Part shown: in pieces, positions 58,946 through 64,000 of the stretch | Position numbering within the stretch: position 1 is the first letter of the stretch | How the letters are laid out: each line of letters begins with the position of its first letter | NCBI GenBank assembly: GCA_028716745.1 | Contig: JAQUPE010000001.1 | Coordinates: forward strand, 30,203 to 94,202 | Direction: 5' to 3' | Origin: Minisyncoccota bacterium | Lineage (GTDB): Bacteria > Patescibacteriota > Minisyncoccia > UBA6257 > 02-FULL-45-10c | DNA length: 64,000 nucleotides | Translations under genes and position numbers: made by a program | Notes under the pieces: generated by a model | Database searches by the model: none | Told to the model about the DNA's origin: nothing | The model's input: the letters and a program-made list of their open reading frames with translations, nothing else

Positions 58946-60260
58946 ATGATAGAAAATATATTGGATTTTTTAATGCCTCATATTACGGGAATCGGCAATT
59001 CGGCTGCCGACATTTTTAACGCTTTTTGGTGGATTCTAATTCCTTTTGGAATGCTGTTTTGGTGGCTTGAATTTTGGGCTTGGGGAACCGGTCTTATGTG
59101 GAAAAAGGCTATTAAGTGGGTTTTGCTGGAAGTAAAAGTTCCCAAGGATATTTTAAAAACTCCAAAGGCGATGGAAAATATTTTTACTTCGCTGCACGCT
59201 CTTTATGGATCCGATCCTAATTGGGAGGAGAAATTTTTTAGGGGAAAATCTTTGTTTTGGCTTAGCGCCGAGATGGTAAGTTTTGGCGGCGGGGGAATAC
59301 ATTTTTATTTCAGGGTTCCTGCGGCAAATCGCAATTTGATTGAAAATGCCCTGTATGCGGAATATCCGGACGCGGAGGTTTCTATTGTTGATGATTATAT
59401 TAATTTGGTTCCGGATGTTCTTCCAAATGAAGTTTTTGATATTTGGGGGAATGATTTTGTTTTAGCCAAGGACAGCGCTTATCCGATTAGAACTTATGAA
59501 TTTTTTTGAAGAGAACGTGGAAGAGAGAAGGCTGGATCCGGTTTCGGCTATTACCGAAGTAATGTCTCGCCTTAAAGAAGGCGAGGCTATTTGGCTTCAG
59601 CTTTTAATAAAGCCGGTAAGTGATAAATGGAAGAAGGGAGGAGAGGAGATAAGAGACAAAATAATGCAGAGGAAAAAAGATAAAAAGAAGGGCCCTCTTG
59701 AGGAATTTGCAGATGGCATATTTCACTTTTTCAGAAATCTTACGAAAGGCGCAGTTGAGCCTCCGGATTGGCCGGAAAAGAAAAAATCCGAAGAAAAGCT
59801 GAAGATGCTTGTTTTGTCTCCAGGCGAAAGAGAAGTGCTGGAAAGAGTTGAAGCAAAAATAGCCAAGCTCGGGTTTGAATCGATGATTCGTTTTGTATAT
59901 ATAGACAAAAAAGATAGTTTTACTCCGATGAATGTTTCCGCGGTTACGGGAGCTTTCAAGCAGTTTAATACGCAAAATTTAAATTCTTTTAAAATGGACG
60001 GAGATACCAGAACGGCCGTAACCGACAGAAAATTTACGACAAAAAGCTGGTTCAGAAAAAAGAAAATATATTTCCGCAAAAGAAAGATTTTCGACTGGTA
60101 TAAATTGCGCGGATTCTCTTCGTCTAAGCCGTACCCGGTTTTGAATGCGGAGGAATTGGCCACTATTTTCCATTTTCCGATTACTTCTGTCGGGGCTCCG
60201 TTGTTGCGTCGTTTGGAAACTAGAAAAGGAGAGCCGCCTCATGGCCTTCCAATAGAATAA
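58946..60260 (+). pseudogene. Conserved membrane-anchored protein split by a +1 frameshift at T7 (59501..59507): pseudogene, phase-variable, recoded or sequencing error
   Basis: ORF 58946..59509 ends YPIRTYEFF*; ORF 59496..60260 continues FFEENVEERRLDP. Deleting one T fuses them. Confidence 0.75.
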
Positions 60261-60264
60261 AAAT

Positions 60265-61800
60265 ATGTCAGAAATAAGTTTTTTAGGGCAGACAAATTTT
60301 AGGGGGCAGGAAAAGAAATTCGGCATTAAGTCGGATGATCGCCGCCGCCATATTTATGTTGTCGGAAAAACCGGCATGGGTAAAACAACCTTGCTGGAAA
60401 ATATGATAATTGCCGATATGAACGCCGGACGCGGGGTAGGCGTTGTTGATCCGCATGGAGAATTAGCGGAAAAAATATTGGATTTTGTTCCGGAAGACCG
60501 CGTAAATGACGTCGTTTACTTCAATCCGGCAGATATGGCCTTCCCGATAGCGTTTAATCCGTTAGAGCAAGTAGGTACAGAATACAGGCATTTAGTGGCC
60601 TCCGGCATCATGGCGGTGTTTAAAAAGATCTGGCCGGATGTTTGGTCTGCCAGAATGGAATATATTTTAAACAATTCTTTATTGGCTCTTTTGGAATATC
60701 CGGGATCAACATTGCTTGGAATAATGCGTATTCTTTCGGATAAAGCTTATCGCCAGACAGTTGTGGAAAATCTTAAAGACCCGGTTGTTAAAAGCTTCTG
60801 GGTAAATGAATTTGCAAAATATACTCAGCGCTTGGAGAGCGAGGCCACGGCAGCTATTCAGAACAAAGTCGGACAATTTGTTACCAATCCTTTGATAAGA
60901 AATATTCTTGGACAGCCTCATTCTTCCATCAATATGCGCGATGTGATGGATAAAAAGAAAATATTAATCGTTAATTTATCAAAAGGAAGAATAGGCGAGG
61001 ATAATTCTTCTTTGCTTGGAGCAATGATTATTACAAAGCTTCAGCTTGCGGCGATGTCCAGAATAGAAGTGCCGGAAGCACAAAGAATAGATTTTAATTT
61101 ATATGTCGATGAGTTTCAGAACTTTGCCACAGATTCATTTGCCATGATTTTGTCGGAGGCGAGAAAATACCGCCTGGATTTGATTTTGGCGCACCAATAT
61201 TTGGGCCAGCTCGAAACAGACGGCAGTTCGCGCGTGCAAGACGCTATTTTCGGTAACGTCGGTACGATGATTTCTTTCCGTGTTGGAGCCGAGGACGGAG
61301 AATTTTTGGAAAAAGAATTTCAGCCGGATTTTATGATGAACGACTTTGTTAATCTTCCAAAATATAATTTTTATATAAAACTGATGATAGACGGCGTGGC
61401 TTCGCGTCCTTTTTCGGCGCAAACTATCGCCCCAATGCCGGTGCCTGAGGAAAATTTTAAAAATATGCTTATAGAGGCAAGCAGAAAAAATTACGGCACC
61501 CCTCAGGAGGTTGTGGAAAAGAAAATTGCCAGCGAGTGGGTAGGAGAAGGCGGAAAAGTTATGAATGACAGGTTGTCGCACCAAGGAGAACAATCTCTTT
61601 CTAAAGTTTTAGGCGCCCCGGCGGAAAACCGATCGTCTGAAGAAAAAGATTTTGTTCCGCATGAGCCGAGAAGGCCGGAACGGGAGAGAAAAGAAGTGGA
61701 TATTTCCGATTTAAGAAGAACCCTGGAGGAAGCGCTGGGAAAGAGTATTAAAGATGAAGATGATGAAGCGACTGGGAAGGAGGGAAAGCCGGAGCAGTAA
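60265..61800 (+). CDS. VirD4/TraD/HerA-like ATPase (type IV secretion coupling-protein family)
   Basis: DRRRH.Y.VGKTGMGKT, DPHGE, YVDEFQNF, EARKYRL, AHQY. Confidence 0.9.
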   Translation: MSEISFLGQTNFRGQEKKFGIKSDDRRRHIYVVGKTGMGKTTLLENMIIADMNAGRGVGVVDPHGELAEKILDFVPEDRVNDVVYFNPADMAFPIAFNPLEQVGTEYRHLVASGIMAVFKKIWPDVWSARMEYILNNSLLALLEYPGSTLLGIMRILSDKAYRQTVVENLKDPVVKSFWVNEFAKYTQRLESEATAAIQNKVGQFVTNPLIRNILGQPHSSINMRDVMDKKKILIVNLSKGRIGEDNSSLLGAMIITKLQLAAMSRIEVPEAQRIDFNLYVDEFQNFATDSFAMILSEARKYRLDLILAHQYLGQLETDGSSRVQDAIFGNVGTMISFRVGAEDGEFLEKEFQPDFMMNDFVNLPKYNFYIKLMIDGVASRPFSAQTIAPMPVPEENFKNMLIEASRKNYGTPQEVVEKKIASEWVGEGGKVMNDRLSHQGEQSLSKVLGAPAENRSSEEKDFVPHEPRRPERERKEVDISDLRRTLEEALGKSIKDEDDEATGKEGKPEQ

Positions 61801-61835
61801 TCCGTTATTTTAAATTTTTATAAAGGGGAGGAATT

Positions 61836-62063
61836 ATGAATGTGCTTTCCTATTTTTGCGTTTTGTTTTTTGCTTGGTCGGAAATATGCGATCTTTTGAA
61901 AATAAGCGTAACTCGCAGCCTGATTATTCTTGCGTTGTTTGTCGGCGTTGGAATCTTCAGCTGGGGATTAAGCCTCAAGACGCTCGCGTTTGCATCGATT
62001 TGGCTGATGGCGCTATCGATGCAGATAATCGGACGCCTATGGTGGAAGCATTTTCCTGTTTAA
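61836..62063 (+). CDS. Small membrane protein (orphan cassette), similar to 62720..62998
   Basis: SD GGGGAGG; GVG...WG...K...QI.G pattern. Confidence 0.6.
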   Translation: MNVLSYFCVLFFAWSEICDLLKISVTRSLIILALFVGVGIFSWGLSLKTLAFASIWLMALSMQIIGRLWWKHFPV

Positions 62064-62219
62064 ATTTTTTTATCTCAGTTATTTTAAAGCCTCGCGTTGC
62101 GAGGCTTTTTGTTTATCTATTGCTAAAATAGATAATTTGTGGTATTTTATAAAAACGCATCATTAACAACCGGTTAAGGGGGAATAGAGAAAATGAGAAA
62201 TGGAATGAGGGAGGTAGCT

Positions 62220-62606
62220 ATGGCTGACGTGCAGACGGGCAAGCAGATGAGGGCATCGGCGATCGTGTGGCTGGTGATATTGTTCGCGATTTTGACGGTA
62301 ATCTGTTTTGACGGATTATCGCGCATGGGGATTAGCACCATCATCCTTTTGCTCGCGCTCGGAGTGCTTTCTCTGGTCGCGGAGCTTCTGCTGGAAAAAT
62401 ACGTTTTCGATTCAGCAAAAAAACAGGAGTCTGTGATGCCAGTAGAACCGGAATTGCCTCCGTGGAAAAAGTATCGTTCAGGGGATCCTCTTTTCAGATA
62501 TCCTGAAAATAAGAAGGAACTGGAGGAGTATATTGCGGAGACTCATCCGTACATGAACAGGGAAGACAGACGGAAGATGGTAAAGGAGATAAGGAGAAAA
62601 AAATAG
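62220..62606 (+). CDS. 2-TM protein with basic C-terminus (orphan cassette)
   Basis: SD GGAGGT before ATG 62220 (alternative start 62193). Confidence 0.65.
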   Translation: MADVQTGKQMRASAIVWLVILFAILTVICFDGLSRMGISTIILLLALGVLSLVAELLLEKYVFDSAKKQESVMPVEPELPPWKKYRSGDPLFRYPENKKELEEYIAETHPYMNREDRRKMVKEIRRKK

Positions 62607-62719
62607 CACAGTTCTTTCGACTCAAAAAACACCCACCCGGGTGTTTTATTTTTGACATTTTGGCTGAAAGAATATTAACTAAGGGCAGCAGTTTAAAATT
62701 TCTTTACGAGGAGAAACAA

Positions 62720-62998
62720 ATGATTAGACTGGTGATTTATTTTTTAATCATCGCGGTTATTTGGGCAATAGTTGTTCGGAAGGGAGTAATAGCTAAGTGG
62801 GGCACCTTCAGGATCCTTATGTGGACGGTAGGCGCCGGAGTCGGACCTGTTCTTTGGGGGTTTAAAAGAAAAGCGGCGGTATATGCCGTTGTATTTATAC
62901 TCCTACAAATTCTGGGCCAGATTTATCTAAAGATAAAGAAAAATAGGCGGAAAAAAATTACTTACGAATGGCTAAAAAGAGAAGCGGAATTTAAATAA
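62720..62998 (+). CDS. Small membrane protein (orphan cassette)
   Basis: SD GAGGAG before ATG 62720; lies between duplicated terminators. Confidence 0.62.
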   Translation: MIRLVIYFLIIAVIWAIVVRKGVIAKWGTFRILMWTVGAGVGPVLWGFKRKAAVYAVVFILLQILGQIYLKIKKNRRKKITYEWLKREAEFK

Positions 62999-63062
62999 GG
63001 AGCGACCCAAATCAAAAAACACCCACCTGGGTGTTTTATTTTATTTATAGTAGTTTGCCGAA

Positions 63063-63635
63063 TTATTTAGCTTTTTCCACTCTCTCAACGTATTCTCCGG
63101 TCTGAGTATTTACGCGGATAATATCATCGTTATTTACAAAAAGCGGAACGGCCACCTCGGCTCCATTTTCCATAACAGCTATCTTGGAACCGCCTTGGGC
63201 TGTGTTGCCGCGTTCTCCGGGAGGAGTTTCTTTAACTTTCAAATCAACTTTTATAGGAGGAATAATATCTAAAATTTGTTCATCTAATTTTACAGCTGTA
63301 ACTTCGGAGTTTGATTTTAAAAACTTTCCGGCTGGACCTATCTTTGCTTCCGGTAAAGTGAAGCGATTTTTTGGATTTCCTTTCTCGCAGAACCAAAATT
63401 CTCCTCTATTATTGTAGAGATAAATAATGGGGGTTTTTTCCACATCAATATCTTCTAATTTTTCATTTTGATGGAAGGCGCGCTCAAGAACTTGGCCGGT
63501 AATAAGGTTTTTTAGCCTGGTTTTAGCCACTGGCTTCCTTTGTTGCATGCGTAAAAACTCGTATTCAAGCACTTGATACGGCTGGCCCTCAAACTTGAAC
63601 ATTGTTCCGATTTTTAACTCGTTATAACTCAACAT
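63063..63635 (-). CDS. efp: Elongation factor P (atypical loop)
   Basis: LKNL.TG, PGERGNTA, VPLFV...D.IRVNT.TGEYVER. Confidence 0.95.
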   Translation of the reverse strand: MLSYNELKIGTMFKFEGQPYQVLEYEFLRMQQRKPVAKTRLKNLITGQVLERAFHQNEKLEDIDVEKTPIIYLYNNRGEFWFCEKGNPKNRFTLPEAKIGPAGKFLKSNSEVTAVKLDEQILDIIPPIKVDLKVKETPPGERGNTAQGGSKIAVMENGAEVAVPLFVNNDDIIRVNTQTGEYVERVEKAK

Positions 63636-63709
63636 GTTTAAGAGTTTATCTTATTTAATTGGAAAAATCAACTTTAAAATGTTAATATATAAGTCATAAG
63701 TCATTTATT

Positions 63710-64000
63710 ATGCATCTTAAACGTCTGGAATTATTAGGATTTAAATCATTTGCGCAAAAGACCGTCCTGGATTTTCCGGGCGGTATTGCCGGAATCGTCG
63801 GGCCTAATGGGTCCGGAAAATCTAACGTTATCGATTCGGTTCGCTGGATTTTGGGCGAAAGAGAGGCTAAAAACTTGAGAGGCGTTAAGGCAGAGGATCT
63901 TATTTTCGCCGGTACGCAGAAAAGACCGAGAATGGGCATGGCGCAGGTGTCGCTTACTTTTGATAACTCATCCGGATTTTTTCCGGTGGATTATAACGAA
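63710..64000 (+). CDS. smc: Chromosome segregation protein SMC, N-terminus (runs off the window)
   Basis: Hand translation: MHLKRLELLGFKSFA...IVGPNGSGKSNVIDSVRWILGE...LRG...DLIFAG. Confidence 0.95.
   Translation, partial: MHLKRLELLGFKSFAQKTVLDFPGGIAGIVGPNGSGKSNVIDSVRWILGEREAKNLRGVKAEDLIFAGTQKRPRMGMAQVSLTFDNSSGFFPVDYNE

Noticed and set aside
60265-61800. Conjugative element or ICE
   Set aside because: No relaxase, VirB4, mating-pair genes or integrase nearby. Treated as a resident chromosomal ATPase.

Overview
A 64-kb, AT-rich chromosomal segment from a genome-reduced bacterium. It most resembles Patescibacteria/CPR (Parcubacteria-like), inferred from the short EF-Ts, the shortened PheT, the many pilin-like N-termini and the CPR-type gene families. 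Genetic code 11 fits. The backbone is housekeeping: ligA-gatCA, pheS/pheT, rpsP-khpA-trmD-rpsB-tsf, rpmG, rplJL, apt-mtnP, mraZ-rsmH-ftsL-ftsI-murF, rplU, recR-dnaB-cysS, the hrcA-grpE-dnaK-dnaJ operon with CIRCE, secDF, efp and the start of smc, plus 10 tRNA genes without encoded CCA. No rRNA, CRISPR array, integrase or transposase is visible. Most notable: (1) two expression grammars, with core genes apparently leaderless (extended -10 located 6-7 nt before ATG, no SD) and about 18 orphan single-gene cassettes carrying strong GGAGG(TGA) SD sites, often with their own -35 promoter and terminator, two of which share one leader; (2) an unannotated array of SD-led micropeptides behind tRNA-Lys, two of which share M.K.R.[FY]..D..GCCG; (3) a 42-bp palindromic site in three copies, two beside a G-quadruplex-like tract; (4) a T7/UUU-UGA frameshift splitting the gene upstream of a VirD4-like ATPase; (5) a tRNA 3'-half relic with a palindrome in its T-loop; (6) a large structured mraZ leader; and (7) non-canonical initiator tRNA, EF-P, CorA and FTR motifs. 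All calls are by eye; no database search was run.
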